DNA of 61,268 nt, the filler included, from Asterionella formosa (lineage: Eukaryota), in NCBI GenBank assembly GCA_002256025.1. It is 5 parts of 5 records of this genome, joined end to end, with 100 filler letters (N's around TTAATTAATTAA, not from the genome) between each part and the next. Parts side by side here need not be neighbours in the genome. Positions count along the whole stretch, not along the records: positions 12,285 to 24,467 come from NKIB01007729.1; positions 24,568 to 36,750 come from NKIB01007737.1; 3 more parts are not named here. One strand, given 5' to 3'. Position 1 is the stretch's first letter. The number at the start of each line of letters is the position of its first letter. The translations under genes were made by a program, and so were the position numbers. Below are positions 23,789 to 36,850 of the stretch, piece after piece. The notes below the pieces were generated by a model. It was not told where the DNA came from and made no database searches. It worked only from the letters and a program-made list of their open reading frames with translations.

Positions 23789-24467
23789 ATTCGTCAGCAA
23801 TGAATCTATGTCATGCCCGTTGTCTCGTGAAGAATTCCACAGGCATGATGATCTCAGGTTTGTTGATCGCAACTTCGGTGTGTGGATGCTTTGTCTCTTT
23901 TAGTTATAGTGGCGTAGATTTAAACTTGGGTTTCTTCACTATATTCTAAATAATTGGATAAATAAGCGTTCGCCAACATTTAAATCAGGTGACCTATGAC
24001 CTCACCTGGTCTGGTCATCATGGAAAAAGCTGCCGTATATTCCAAAGTAAAAATATTTTAGCCATTAATGACACAATATTCTCCCAACCCATTTTACTTT
24101 GAACTCGGTGTTGTTTTTCGTGTAGTTCCTAAATTCGGTTGGCTCCGCAACAATCCTTCCAACACTTCCCATCATTTCCTTGGCGTACCCCATCAGCGTG
24201 CAATATCGCTATACATACTATACATGTATGTACACTACCGGTCAAAAGCTGATAAAGAATACTTCGAGCTGAGTCTCTGCCACGAAATCGGGTTAAAATC
24301 AAGTCTTGAAGTGCTTCATGTGCATAGAAGGATTTTTAGTGAATCGAATCCTTCGTGCTATAATCTGTTATAGAATAATGGTACGATGACTTTATACGAT
24401 GAATCAATAGTCTCTAGGTACTCCAGAGGAAGTCTCTAGGCACTAAAGAGGAGAGAAACTAATGTAC

Positions 24468-24567
24468 NNNNNNNNNNNNNNNNNNNNNNNNNNNNNNNNN
24501 NNNNNNNNNNNTTAATTAATTAANNNNNNNNNNNNNNNNNNNNNNNNNNNNNNNNNNNNNNNNNNNN
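24468..24567. other. Artificial scaffold spacer
   Basis: N44-TTAATTAATTAA-N44. Confidence 0.97.
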
Positions 24568-26151
24568 TGTTATGCTCATTTCAGCGGCAGCTGATGAGTT
24601 AGTCAAAGAATTAGCTTGTTATTTTACACTTAAGGTTGTTGAAGATCCAGGGACCGCACCTTGCCGCTATCTAGGCGCAATGGTTGGTCAGTATCAATTT
24701 GGTGATGGGTCATTGGCGTGGTCAATGTCAGCAGAGGATTATCTCACCAAGGCTATTCCGACTATTGAGGAAGCTTGGGATGAAAAGTTATGCCATAAGG
24801 CGTCCTCACCCCTACCAGCTGGATACCATCCTGAGATTGATGTCAGCCCCCTATTGAGTGAGGATGATGTATTCTTGTACGCTAGTTATATTGGAATCCT
24901 ACAATGGGCGACTGAGTTAGCGCGAATTGATTTGATGCATTCGGTGTTGCTCATGTCGAGATTTAGGAATGCTCCGCGTGAGGGACACATGGAGGCAGTG
25001 CTCCGCATATTTGGTTATGTGAAAGGGCATCTGAGGTCACGGCTTGTATTTGATCCAGCATATAGGGATTGGACTACAGTCGATTGGTATGACGGTGCTG
25101 ATTGGAAAGAATTCTACCCTGATGCTGTTGAGTTGATTCCACCAGGTGCACCAGAGGCTCTTGGGAATGAGGTACAAATCAACATCTTTTGTGATGCTGC
25201 GCATGCGACTTGCCTTGCTACCTGTAGATCGACAACAGGGGTATTGATATTCATAAATGGTGCTGCTGTGAGGTGGTATTTCAACAGGCAAAATACTGTT
25301 GAAACGTCAACTTTTGGGAGTGAGTTTGTGGCGATGAAAATTGCTATTGAAATGAATGACGCCCTTAGATACAAGTTACGTATGATGGGAGTGCCCATTG
25401 ATGGTGCCGCAAATGTGTTTGGAGACAACACAAGTGTGGTAAAGAATGTGACTAGGCCTGAGTCAACGTTAAATAAAAGGCATAATGCGATTGCTTATCA
25501 CAAGTGTCGTGAGGCTTGTGCATGCGGGTCAGCGCGTGTTGCACATGAACCTGGTAAGGCTAACTGCTCTGATGGTCTAATGAAAATACTCACTGGGGTG
25601 CCATTTTATCATTTTGCCAGGAGTGTTTTATATTAAATTGTTTCTGTTATATCTATTGGAACATTGCTTGAGAGCAATATTAAGTGATGTTTGATACAGA
25701 ACAAGGTTCAATGACTACTGTTCTTTTCCAAAACAGAATAGGAAGACAGTGGGTTGCGAATCGGAATACATGGTACAGCCCAAAATGGACTGAGTGATGA
25801 AGATCACTGGCAGAACCAGTCGTTATTGTTGCAATGGAGGAGAGTTTTCACGGTGGCATCTGGCATGGTTACCACCATGGGGGGACTGGTAAATTCTGGG
25901 TATACGTCAGGGTGTCTCGGGCAGATGCTCAACGGGGAAACCGTTAGGTGTAGTCCTGCGAGGTCTGTCTTGTGACATGCAGGCGCCTGGTACTAGCGGC
26001 CTGTAGGACCAGCGTGCATTTTGGTCATCCTTGAGTGGGTAATCCTTGTCTGGAATATGTCGAGTTTTTCCCATCCAACAAGTTGTGTTGGATATTGCTT
26101 TGTGATTACTTCTTTTTTATCTGGTACCCTTCGATAGCGCTAATTGCAACA
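24568..26151 (+). mobile_element. Copia (CoDi-like) retrotransposon 3' end: RT C-terminus, RNase H and probable 3' LTR (about 25678-26151)
   Basis: ORF 24572-25636 with YLGA, YHPEID, IGILQW, DAAHA, RSTTG, QNTVETSTFGSEF, LRYKLRMMGVPI, GDNTSVV, IAYH. LTR boundaries are inferred (end ...tgcaaca). Confidence 0.88.
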
Positions 26152-27749
26152 TTAGGTTCAGTATTCTCCCCATTGCCTGTTTGAAAGGAGAATTAGTCGC
26201 TTTTGAGGTTGCGAAGCGAGCAATTGGCTTGTATGTATTGTCGCTGTTCTTGTGGCTTTCATTCTCCATGATTCAGTCAGGTCCAAGATCTAGACAAAGA
26301 ACTTGGCAGCTTCCTTAATGCTTCAGTTAGGATACCGTAGTTGAATCACATGTGGAGAACAATCAATGCCCGTGGTGATGAAGGAGTTTTGTTGGTGATG
26401 ATGTAGGCCAGGTCAAAAGTACAGGAGGAACAACTGCAGTAACTAAGATGCCAATCCCCACAAATGTTGCCAAGACTCGCTCCCCACCCTTGACGTCGAC
26501 AATAGGCTTTTTCAACAGCTCCGTGGTCAAAAATAGAGGAACTGGCAATTTCAGGATCATCGATAAGAACAAACTGCATTGAATAGCTTGCTTGTTGTTT
26601 CCTTCCAATATAAATTTGCCCTTGGAGAAAATAACACGGCCACCACTTAGTGTCAAGCTCATTTCATCTACTTTCTTGTCTGATTAAAATTTACCCATTA
26701 AGGATCCAATTGCGGCTGTCAATCATACGGTATTGGGTAGGTCATTTCTCGAAACAGCTTTGAAGAGGGGTGAATTGACAATGTGATGGCCACCCCAGTT
26801 GCTGGGCTTTTTGGACAGTGCTGGAAAAGTTTTCGATATGGACATGCATAAAATGACCAGTTCCTTCTCGAATGCGGAACATTTCTGCAGCCAAACCCCA
26901 CTCAACGCAAAAATCCTCAAGTGCTTCTTTAAAAATTCCTGTATATTGTCAAGTGGTCGTACTTTATTGGAGGAGATAAACATGAGTGTATCTTGAGTTC
27001 TTGAAAGGACTGAAGCTTTGCGATTTGAGCAGTCGTCCTCATCTAGTAGCATTTGAATCACTCATTCTCGCTTCCATGGTGCAAGAATACTGCTTTAATT
27101 TGTACTCCACAGTTGGCTGCTGATTGAGATCCTGCCACAGTGTGACAATATTGTACTATCAACATCATCATCTTCTTCTTCCAATGGAATTAGGTCAACA
27201 ATGTTGCTTGTTGGAAAGGGTGCTGGGACAAGGGTTTCCTCTGCATCATGGCGGTAGAGAAGGTCGTAAATTTGGAGGAGAACTGTCCGATGCAGTCGTG
27301 TTGGCTGGGCTGCTGGAATCCAACAATCAACCGAAATTCCCATTTTCTAGAGGGACAAACACAAAAGCTCGTCAATGAAGAAGTGTAGTAGATAAACTAG
27401 CTACAGTAGATAAACTAGCTATGGTAGCTAATTATACCGGTAGTGTTTCTGCTATTCTCCTGCTAGTAGCACAGTAGCTGTTTCTAGACAAGCAGCAAAA
27501 ACAACATCGTACTAATTAAATACCAGTATCACTGTGGATGAGAGTCATACCGGTAGATAAGTGTATACATCTGTCATGCATGAGGAATGAGTTGCGTAGA
27601 ATTCTACGACATTTGGTAGAGACATTATTTTGGCAGTATGAGAAAAGGAGTTTTAACACAAAAAACACTTTTCACTCGAACAAGAAAAAAAAGAAGTCGC
27701 TCGTCAATCACAATAAACAACTTCCATTACATCCAAGACGACATTCACA

Positions 27750-28676
27750 ATGCCTAGATGGGAAGAAGAAGTCAAACGGTTGAAAGCGAATGATCCAAGG
27801 TTGACTACACTTGATCTCAGTTTTGATTTAATTGGTGTTGACGGAGCCAAGGCCATTGCAGAGGCTCTCAAGGTCAATACTGTCTTGACTGAACTTGATC
27901 TCAATAGTAATTCAATTGGTGATGACGGAGCCAAGGCCATTGGAAAGGCTCTCAAGGACAATACTGTCTTGACTGAATTTTATCTATTTACTGAACTTGA
28001 TCTCAGAATTAATTCAATTGGTGTTGACGGAGCCAAGGCCATTGCAGAGGCTCTCAAGGTCAATACTGTCTTGACTACACTTGATCTCGATAGTAATTCA
28101 ATTGGTGATAGCTTACTTAATAAAATTCAAAGTGTCTTGACTGAACTTGATCTCGATAGTAATTCAATTGGTGATAGCTTACTTAATAAAATTCAAAGAA
28201 CAGTCCAGATAAGAAGGAAGGACTTTCTCAAATCGCAGAACAGTGATGACAATGTTTTTAAATGTTACAGGTATGTAGCAGCAGCCCTGATCTTGGAGGA
28301 AACAACCCTGATCAGGGTGGATGATATTGAAGCCCAGTTGAAAGCTTGTCCTGAAGCCGCAAAGGTGCAAGACCGCCATGGAAACACTCTGTTGCACCTT
28401 GGAATAGAAGAAGGGGCCAATGTGGTGGTTATCAAGGCCCTTTTGGATGCCTGTCCTGATGTCACGACAATGAAAGATGACAAGGGTAACACTCCACTGC
28501 ACCTTGGCATGAAAGTCCGGGCACCAGTGGAAATTGTAAATGCCCTTTTGGAAGCTTGCCCTAAAGCTGCAACAATAAAAGCCAACGATGGTGAGACTCC
28601 TCTTGACTGTTGTCTAGGAGTGGAAAAGCCAGTATCACTTGAATCCATCCAAGCTATTGTGGACAAATATCCTTAG
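27750..28676 (+). CDS. LRR (ribonuclease-inhibitor-like, 28-aa units) plus ankyrin-repeat protein
   Basis: Repeats LTELDLxxNSIGxDGAKAIAEALKVNTV, then ankyrin motifs GNTLLH, GNTPLH, GETPLD. Confidence 0.88.
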   Translation: MPRWEEEVKRLKANDPRLTTLDLSFDLIGVDGAKAIAEALKVNTVLTELDLNSNSIGDDGAKAIGKALKDNTVLTEFYLFTELDLRINSIGVDGAKAIAEALKVNTVLTTLDLDSNSIGDSLLNKIQSVLTELDLDSNSIGDSLLNKIQRTVQIRRKDFLKSQNSDDNVFKCYRYVAAALILEETTLIRVDDIEAQLKACPEAAKVQDRHGNTLLHLGIEEGANVVVIKALLDACPDVTTMKDDKGNTPLHLGMKVRAPVEIVNALLEACPKAATIKANDGETPLDCCLGVEKPVSLESIQAIVDKYP

Positions 28677-28693
28677 GCAAATTTATTGAATTG

Positions 28694-28860
28694 CGTCTGC
28701 AAATAAAAAGTATCATGCATATAGGATCAAGTGTATTGTACGCTAAGTGGCACAGGATTTTCGTATTTATGATAATATTTGGATCAAAATTATGATCAAG
28801 GTATCCTATAACTATGATGATTTGTTTATATGTTACTGACCTTGAAGTATAATGATAATA
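28694..28860. repeat. Dispersed AT-rich repeat, copy 2
   Basis: Aligns with 11096-11259. Confidence 0.8.
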
Positions 28861-30007
28861 AGAACATTATCATCACACAATATATATCAACTGATCAACA
28901 ACATTACTCATCAACATCATAAACCTTCTCATATTATTTTCAATTCTCTTGATTGCCCGATGTAAATTATTACTACAACGCATCCAAAAATCACTACAAC
29001 GCATCCTAAAATCAGCTCAACTCTATGCTATCATTTAAATTGATTCATCGTAAATCTATTGTAAACATGATCATAATTCTAATCACAAGCATTGTTCAAA
29101 ATAGATTGAAATGGATTGTAATTTAACTATCAAATTTAGCAATGCTATCTATTATTCTACATGCCAGCAACCCAACGTTTCTCTCTCTACTCGACTCAAT
29201 GTATATTGTTCCTGTCTCGCGCTTTCCTTCCTCTATTCTGAATCTTGTGCCAAGCAATGCCTCCTAATGTTGCGTCTCTTTTCCTGCTGTTAGTGTCACT
29301 CTAAACTCGCCGACTATTCTGTTGTTTGATTGGTTTTATTGTCCTATGCAGTTACAGTAACAATGAGAAGGAATGATTTGTTACCTACTCATTTTACATT
29401 CACAGAACATCATGCCATTCCATCGCATCCTCTTGCTTGCTTCATTTACCACAGCCAAATCAAAGCAAGTGATGTATAAGTCTGTAATAGTAAATTTCAG
29501 TAAATTATTAAATAAGAAAGTTTCAGGTTTCTAATGTTGCCGAATAAAACTTATTGATTCATTTTCGTTAGCTCAACTTTGAGAGAAGGTAAACGTGGCG
29601 TGTCTGTCAGTTATGTTCCATCAGAAGTGAATAAGTCCAATGACAAGAGCACTTACCAATTTTGCTTTATTTTGTTTTACATTGGTGCTCCCCAACAAGC
29701 GAAACGAGCTGTTGATTCAACTGAGAAAAAAGGAAATATGCGTTTAGTTTACAATTTGTTGTTGTCCTGCCTCCCAATGATTTTCATCCAAGTACCACAT
29801 TGATGGCTTCATTACCTTAAACATACTCCATCCTTCGAAGGTGCAATGTGTCGAAGCCACAATGTTTTTCGTTATGTATTGCGTAAACTTTCCTTTCTTG
29901 TCATGTGCTTTACTCCGATATTTCTTTTCATGAAGCAGGCATTGTTTGTTAACATGACAGAACAATTTCAAATATATCTGCCATGTACCCTAACCCTAAC
30001 AGTTTTG

Positions 30008-30347
30008 TGTTGAGATGTTCCAGATCTCCTTGATAGTACTTTCAAGTCTGGTGTTCACGAGTTTTACTTTCTTGGTTTTGTTCTTCACCTCAATCCACTC
30101 TTTCTCATTGGTCGATTTCAAATGATTTGCAATTTCAATTGTCTCAGTCTTATCATTTAATCTTGCATGTTGGTCTTGCTCTGTAGGAATTGCTATGATT
30201 CCATTTACGAATCCCGCATATATTTTCCTGAACTGACCTTCTTGTTCCATGGAATTCCTCACCATGACTGTCGGTAGTGCAGACTGTGCAGTCATTACAG
30301 TACTAGATTTACTACTGTCTGCTAACAGTAGTCGTTTATCCTCAACA
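30008..30347 (-). repeat. 3' LTR of Copia element 2 (340 bp)
   Basis: Matches 33926-34430 minus an internal block of about 165 bp. Confidence 0.9.
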
Positions 30348-33300
30348 TCCTCCCTCCAACATTCAAGATTCCCATTTCTTATCCTTGCTGCGTGCTTTGT
30401 GTGCAACTTCTCTGGACAGTTCTTGTTTAGTATGTCAGCTGAGTCCTCTTCCAATCGTACAAAATGTACCATCAAATATTCTTGATCTTCAAGTTCTCAG
30501 ATGAAATGTGCCCTGACATCAATATGCTTTGTCCATGCACCCACATGTTGGTTCTTTACCAAAAAGATAGCTCCTAAATTGTCTTTGTATAAACTTTGTC
30601 ATCAAATACATTACTTTTCCAACCATAGAACGATATTCCGTCATTTTTACTAGTTCTCCTTGATTCTTCCTGAGGAAATTGTTTGGATATCCTGGTGTCT
30701 CTGTCTCCTTAACACTCTTCCCAATTATATTTTCGAATGACTCAACAATTTCATTTTTCAACCTTGTCGGATTGTGTTGTGGTCTCTCAGCTTTGCTCAC
30801 CAGCTTCCACAGTAATATCATCTGCTCCATACATTTCCATTTCTGGAGCATTTGTTCTTGTATAAATTTCTGGCAAGTCATCAACATCACTGTTGTCTGT
30901 TTTCGTCGAATTTGACTCATCACTCCTTTCTTCATCATCCTCTTCATTTTCTTGCTCATTTTCTTGAGTCTTTTTCTTCTGAAGTTTTCTTTTCCTCCTC
31001 ATACATCCTCCCTGCTCCAGACAATGGAAAATTTTTGATGTGGATTCTGCCAATTCATCTTCATTTGTGGGGATTATAGTATGGATAGGAGGACTGTCCT
31101 CATCAGGTCCTTCAATCACTTCTGGAGGTTCTGGCTCCTCCAAAATCAACTCAGGGTCATATATTTCACTTATAGTCAATCTGATATCGTTGGTAACACT
31201 TTACTGGTTACTGGATTGTACATACAATACACATCCCTGGCATGGCTCTCACCATTGCCAATCATTACCATGGGATTTTCTTTCTCTTTGAACTTCCCTT
31301 TCATTGTGGACCTGTTTGTAACATAACGAACTCTTCCAAACTCAATCAAGTGTGTGTAGATGTTCACTTGGTTTTCAATAAAATAACTCATCAGGTGGTA
31401 CTGTACTTCGGGTGTTTGGAAGGGAATTTCCTAGTATTGCTGCTGTTTTCGTCGCTTCAGCCCATAATTTAGCTTGCATCTCTTTGGTCCATGCAGCAGA
31501 TATCATCATTGCCAGTGCACGCTTTGCATCACGTGAAAACATCATTTCCACCACTCCATTGTGCTGTGGTGTGTGAGGTGGTGCTGTGTACTCCAACTGA
31601 ATTCCATATTCTCCTTCACATATTTTTCGTAATTCAAACATATGATCGCCCGCATTGTCACACCGTAGATATTTTACTGGCTTCCCAGCAGCCTTCAACT
31701 TGTCCAAAATTTCCTTCAGTACTTTTGTTATGCCATTTTTCTTGCTCCATAAAAATCCCATGACTTCCTTGTTTTGTCATCAACAAATTTATACCAATAA
31801 CGTGACCCCATCAATGTCTCTGAATATGGGCAACTTGTATCCAGCATTAAGATTCTCTCGCCAGGTTTTTCTGCTACCACCACTGTAGTCTTCTTGTTTG
31901 TTCGTTTCTGGGTAGCTTTTGCTTGTGCACAGCCATCACACACCAACATTTTTCCAACTGGTATGATCATAAGTGCTTGCAGCATTTTTCGCACCACTTT
32001 TTCTGTTTCATGCCCAAATTTTCTGTGTGCCTGATTAATGTTCATTAGTTCTTTCTTCTGTTTCTTAATCATTCCATCATCATTTTTAATTTCTTCAATT
32101 TTATAGACCTCTTTTGCTCCAGCAACACGCTGTGCAATCAGATAAGCCATACCATCGGTTCCTTTCTCAGAACTCATGATGCCACCAGAATCATTAAATA
32201 TCTTGGATCCTTCTTTTCCAGCCACAAATTCGTTTCCTTTCTCTGTCAACCTGCCAAAACTTATCAAATTTCGAGCAAAACCGGGAACAACCATCACTTT
32301 TTCCAATTTCTGTGTTTTCTTTGTGTCCTTCTGCTCCATAGTTAAATCACCAATCGTTGTTGCCTTAATGGTTTCATTGTTTCCAACCCTCACATGCTCA
32401 CCTTCAGTTGCAGTCTGCAAATTACTCAGTTTTATAGTGTTGATGGACACATGGGTTGTTGCCCCTGAGTCAACAAGCCAGCTTTCATGTCCACTCTCTG
32501 TGACAGGGCTCATAGTTTTCAATGAATTTGTAGCAAAAAATTCCTCATCTCACATCCATTCTGCTCCATGGCTTGTTTTGTCCATCTGGTAAATAATTTC
32601 TTTCTCATCAACAATTCCTCTGTTCTAATTTTTGTCGACATCGTCATATTCCTCCTCATCACTTGTCTCACACATATCAGCCCAGCTCATGGTCTTTTTC
32701 TCTACTTTCTTCTTTTTGCTTTTCACTTGTTGGATCTTGTTGTATTTTCTTGGTTTCCACTTAAATTCTCTTATGTCTTTCAAAACACTTCTCTTCTTCC
32801 TGTTATAGTCTGCAATTTCTTGCAAAAGTTCAATTGCGAATTTATTTGTGCCACTCTGTTTTAGCTTCTTGATTCTTCTTGACATCATCCTCCCGGATAT
32901 CAGGTCCATGGATTGTCATACCAAAAAACATACCAGACTCTTCCTTCTTTGGAGAATCTCTTGCAATGTGTCCAAATCCACTGCAGCTGTAGCACTTCAC
33001 CTTCGGTTTTTCAATGTCTTTCTCTCCACTGTTGTTGCTATTGCCATTGCTTCTGCAGTCTCTTGCTCTGTGGCCTTGTCTTCCGCACTTATTGCATTTG
33101 CCTTTAAAGGTTCTCCAGGCACCTTTTCCACTTGTAGTATTCAGAGTCAGATGCTTTTCCCTTTCCTTGTTCTCTCTTTGATCTTGATTTTCGCGACTTT
33201 GACGATTTTTGAATGGCTCCACAAACATCTCATAATGGCCAATGATCTCAGCAATGAAGTCCTTATTGTCAAATCCTTTTGTACCAATCTTTCCATTTCG

Positions 33301-33925
33301 AGATGAAATCACTGATTCATATCTTCATTTTGGTAGTCTTGCTAATATGGTTGCTTGCATTTGCTCTTCACTGTGTCTTGATCCATTTTCGCACTTTTCC
33401 ACTTCTCTGTTCAATTGTTCCAATTCGACAATCCAAAGGGAGGGATAATCTATGTCTGATTTCATGTAACACTTTTTAAGTTTGGTTGTTGCTTTTACCA
33501 AATCTTTTGTCTTATTTGAGTTGTACCGATCCTTGAGAGCTTGAAACATTTGGTATGCTGTTTCATATGATTCAATGATTGCAAAAGCGTCACCTCTGCA
33601 TGACATCATAAGAAAATGCTTTGCTTCATCATCTTGTCTCACCAACTCCATCTCTTCTTTTGTCAAATCTTCTCTCTCTGCCCAACTTGGAAGAAGTCCT
33701 TCTTCGAGTAACACCTTCTTAAAACCCTTTGTTGCATCGAATACCTCAGCCTTCTTGAAAAATTCTCGGGGTTCAACTCCCCCCTTTGTAGTGTCAGTTC
33801 CATAAAAAGGAATGACCTTGGCTGACTCCAGGACTGTTCCAACCTTCTTTGCTTCACTCATCCTTTGCACAATCACTTCTTGTCTTTGTGACCTTAACTT
33901 CCACAAGCAATCTTTTTTAAAAACA

Positions 33926-34430
33926 TGTTGAGATGTTCCAGATCTCCTTGATAGTACTTACATGTCTAGTGTCCAGTACTACTAGTTCTCCACTAGCTAG
34001 TTTTCGACAACACTTTAATCTACTTTTAGATTAACCTCTTTCAATGTTGTGATTACTTCAGATTACTTTTTCTATCAATCTTACCAAATTCTATCAATCC
34101 TGCCAAATTACTTGGTCTTACCAAATTGATATTGTTTCACGAATTTTACTTTCTTTGATTTGTTCTTCACCTCAATCCACTCTTTCTCATTGGTCGATTT
34201 CAAACGATTTGCAATTTCAATTGTCTCAGTCTTATCATTTAATCTTGCATGTTGGTCTTGCTTTGTAGGAATTGCTATGATTCCATTTACGAATCCTGCA
34301 TATATTTTCCTGAACTGACCTTCTTGTTCCATGGAATTCCTCACCATGACTGTTGGTAGTGCAGACTGTGCAGTCATTACAGTACTAGATATACTACTGT
34401 CTGCCAAACAGTAGTTGTTTATCCTCAACA
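33926..34430 (-). repeat. 5' LTR of Copia element 2 (505 bp)
   Basis: Inverted termini; contains 19-bp tandem units tctatcaatc(t/c)t(a/g)ccaaat near 34071-34126. Confidence 0.9.
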
Positions 34431-34898
34431 CACATGTTCATTCCACACAATTCATCGTCATAGTTTTTACCCTGCTCAAAAGTATGGAGAGCAGGTGCGT
34501 TTATTTCCTGAAGAAATTCCAAGAACTGAAAAGGAAGCAAGTCTTCTCACTTTCACTTTGTCTGTACATAGGCATTGTACCAACATTTTGTCAGTAGGAA
34601 TGGAAAGGGAAAAATTCTCAATCATTTCCGCAATTCTGCTTTGCGGAGTACCGGGTAAGTTAAAATGACCCTCGGGGTCATTAATCTATGTTAAATACTG
34701 GTAACATACATACATTGGACGAAACTTCAACCTTCTCCTATATAACGATTATTTCATACCATCTGGAGTGGTACCACCGGTATTTTTCCAATAAATGTAC
34801 CTGTTGTACTGGTATCGGTGTACCAGTACACTGTATAAAAAGTGTAATTAATAGCTCGTAATTTCTCAAAATATCCTCATCAGTCATGGAACGTTTTC

Positions 34899-35010
34899 AT
34901 ACAAGATGATCCATCCTGTTTTCTATATAAGTTTATATTCCGATATGGAATATTGATACAAGATCCATTCTGTATTCAATATAAGTTGATATCCCGATAT
35001 GCAATATTGA
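34899..35010. repeat. Two-copy tandem repeat of about 55 bp
   Basis: atacaagat..ccat.ctgt.tt..atataagtt.atat.ccgatatg.aatattg occurs twice. Confidence 0.75.
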
Positions 35011-36216
35011 TAAATATCGGTAGATGATATGTGTGAATCATGTACACAAAGCCCCTTTCAACACCATATTAATTACTTATATGTATAGTGTATATACAAT
35101 GCAGGGCATATGTACAAACATATTATGATGGACAAAAGTTCCGGCATCATGGTGATGACTGAAAATGAAGAAATTTAGAGCCTGATATGTAGAACTCCAC
35201 GACATCAGTTGGTAAAGAAATTATTGCGGGAAATGGACAGGAGTCAAGAATTAGAAACACGAACGACATCATTCGAAACATACGCAAATTTTGTAGGAGA
35301 GCGCGCGACAAGAAAACAAAATATTTGTAATTAATGATTTATATTTTTACATATATTTGTTTATGCTTACAGGTACACATATAAGCCCTTTCATCACTCC
35401 CCCGACCGTGAAACCTGGTGTCTCGTATCCCCCCTGATACCTGTACCCCCCTTCGTACATCTGGCACAAAACCCCCAATCGTATGCATGCTTGCATTTGT
35501 TCTTCCGTACCAGGGACGGAGGAGTAGTTAAAAGCATATGCATCACAATCACCATAAGGTAGTTTAGTCTAGGTAAAAAACATATGACAATCATGCATCA
35601 TGCATCATATACATCATAGGTAGGTGTATATATGAGGATGTACAAATTTTCCGGGATCATCTATCATAGTATATGAGGAATGAGTTGCATCTTTTACGTA
35701 GAATTCAACGACAAGTGGTAGAGACACTGCTCATCATCATGCATCATCAGACATCTACCGGACACTTACGCTGATTTTCGTAGAAATGTTCGGACAGTAG
35801 GCCGGTTTTTCGACCACTGTCTAAACTTCAGTTCATTCCCAGTTTATAGTTTCACACGTTATATCTAGCACTTCTATGTTGAACTTGGAGTGAAGTTTGA
35901 TCATTAGAGGGGAATACCGGACAAATGGCCGTTTTTCCCCGGTCGTCATTTTCTCGTGGCATTTTACATTGGCAGTGGTTGTCCTGATGGAATCTTTTTT
36001 TATACACTTTGATGCAAACTACGAAAGTATCATGTGTGTATGGGCAATTTCAGCGAGGAAAAAATGCATTCATATGATGAAAATTATATGAGTATAATGT
36101 GTTTATGGGCGATTTCATTGAGGATCGGCATCAAGCAAGAAATTTCAAAAGCACACACCACATCATACTCATCATTCATTGCATCTCCACCTCATGGCAA
36201 ATACTGTCCCCATTCA

Positions 36217-36750
36217 TGGGCATCCTCTGAGGATGTTAATGAACAAATGATGATAGAAAATATTGTGGCTGGTGGAACAAGGCGGGCATACATCGCTGAT
36301 AGCCTCCTGTTTGCAAGGTGGTGCTTGGAGCATCAAACTGGGTGGCTCACAGCAAATGCTAGAAACCGACTCCAACAACTGGAAATTGAAGCAGAAGGAA
36401 TGGGAACAAGGCAAGGCGGGATGCACATCAAATCAGGCTTTGCCCTTTTGCTACAGAATATTATAGCAGAGGAACCTGTTATTTTGCAAAACGAGATCAC
36501 ACCATCAGGCTTCATGGTCTACTTGCAAGGATTGCGGCATTGGCGTACAAAAGAGAGGCTGTCCAAGAGCGGTTATGGAAACAAAAGATCTGCAATCTAC
36601 AATTTATTTCGTCTACATAATGGAACAGGCTTCTCTGCTACCTTTGAGCAAGAGTTAAGCAATTTAATGCGAGGTTTCTTCCGAATTATTGCTCTTGAAA
36701 ACAATGATGGATTGGGTGAGGTTCGAGAGGGCAAGGATCCAATGACTTTT
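36217..36750 (+). mobile_element. Crypton-like tyrosine recombinase, N-terminal part, cut by the scaffold end
   Basis: LSKSGYGNKRSAIYNLFR and EGKDPMTF resemble the N-terminal region of stramenopile Crypton recombinases; the catalytic R-H-R-Y residues are not in the window. Confidence 0.65.
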
Positions 36751-36850
36751 NNNNNNNNNNNNNNNNNNNNNNNNNNNNNNNNNNNNNNNNNNNNTTAATT
36801 AATTAANNNNNNNNNNNNNNNNNNNNNNNNNNNNNNNNNNNNNNNNNNNN
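36751..36850. other. Artificial scaffold spacer
   Basis: N44-TTAATTAATTAA-N44. Confidence 0.97.

Larger units (their letters stand above)
30008..34430 (-). mobile_element. Ty1/Copia LTR retrotransposon with two LTRs; RT and RNase H largely deleted
   Basis: LTRs 33926-34430 and 30008-30347 with TGTTGAG...CTCAACA termini; PPT ggagggagga next to the 3' LTR. Gag CCHC (CNKCGRQGHRARDC), protease (WLVDSGATTH), integrase (H..FGH, CDGC, LRCDNAG, TPQHNGVVE), RT remnant (YRSMVGKVMYL). No matching TSD seen. Confidence 0.93.

Noticed and set aside
26270..27400. Broken minus-strand ORFs as a gene
   Set aside because: Multiple stops and frameshifts and no recognisable motif; probably a decayed TE or pseudogene, but not supportable.
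27780..28200. Regular repeats as a CRISPR-like array
   Set aside because: They are in-frame LRR coding units with no unique spacers and no cas genes.
29987..30000. ccctaaccctaac as a telomere
   Set aside because: Only two units, internal, beside an LTR; compatible with chance.
29996..30475. ORFs 29996-30475 and 34108-34431 as duplicated genes
   Set aside because: They lie within the two LTRs, apart from a short RNase H remnant, and are similar only because the LTRs are.
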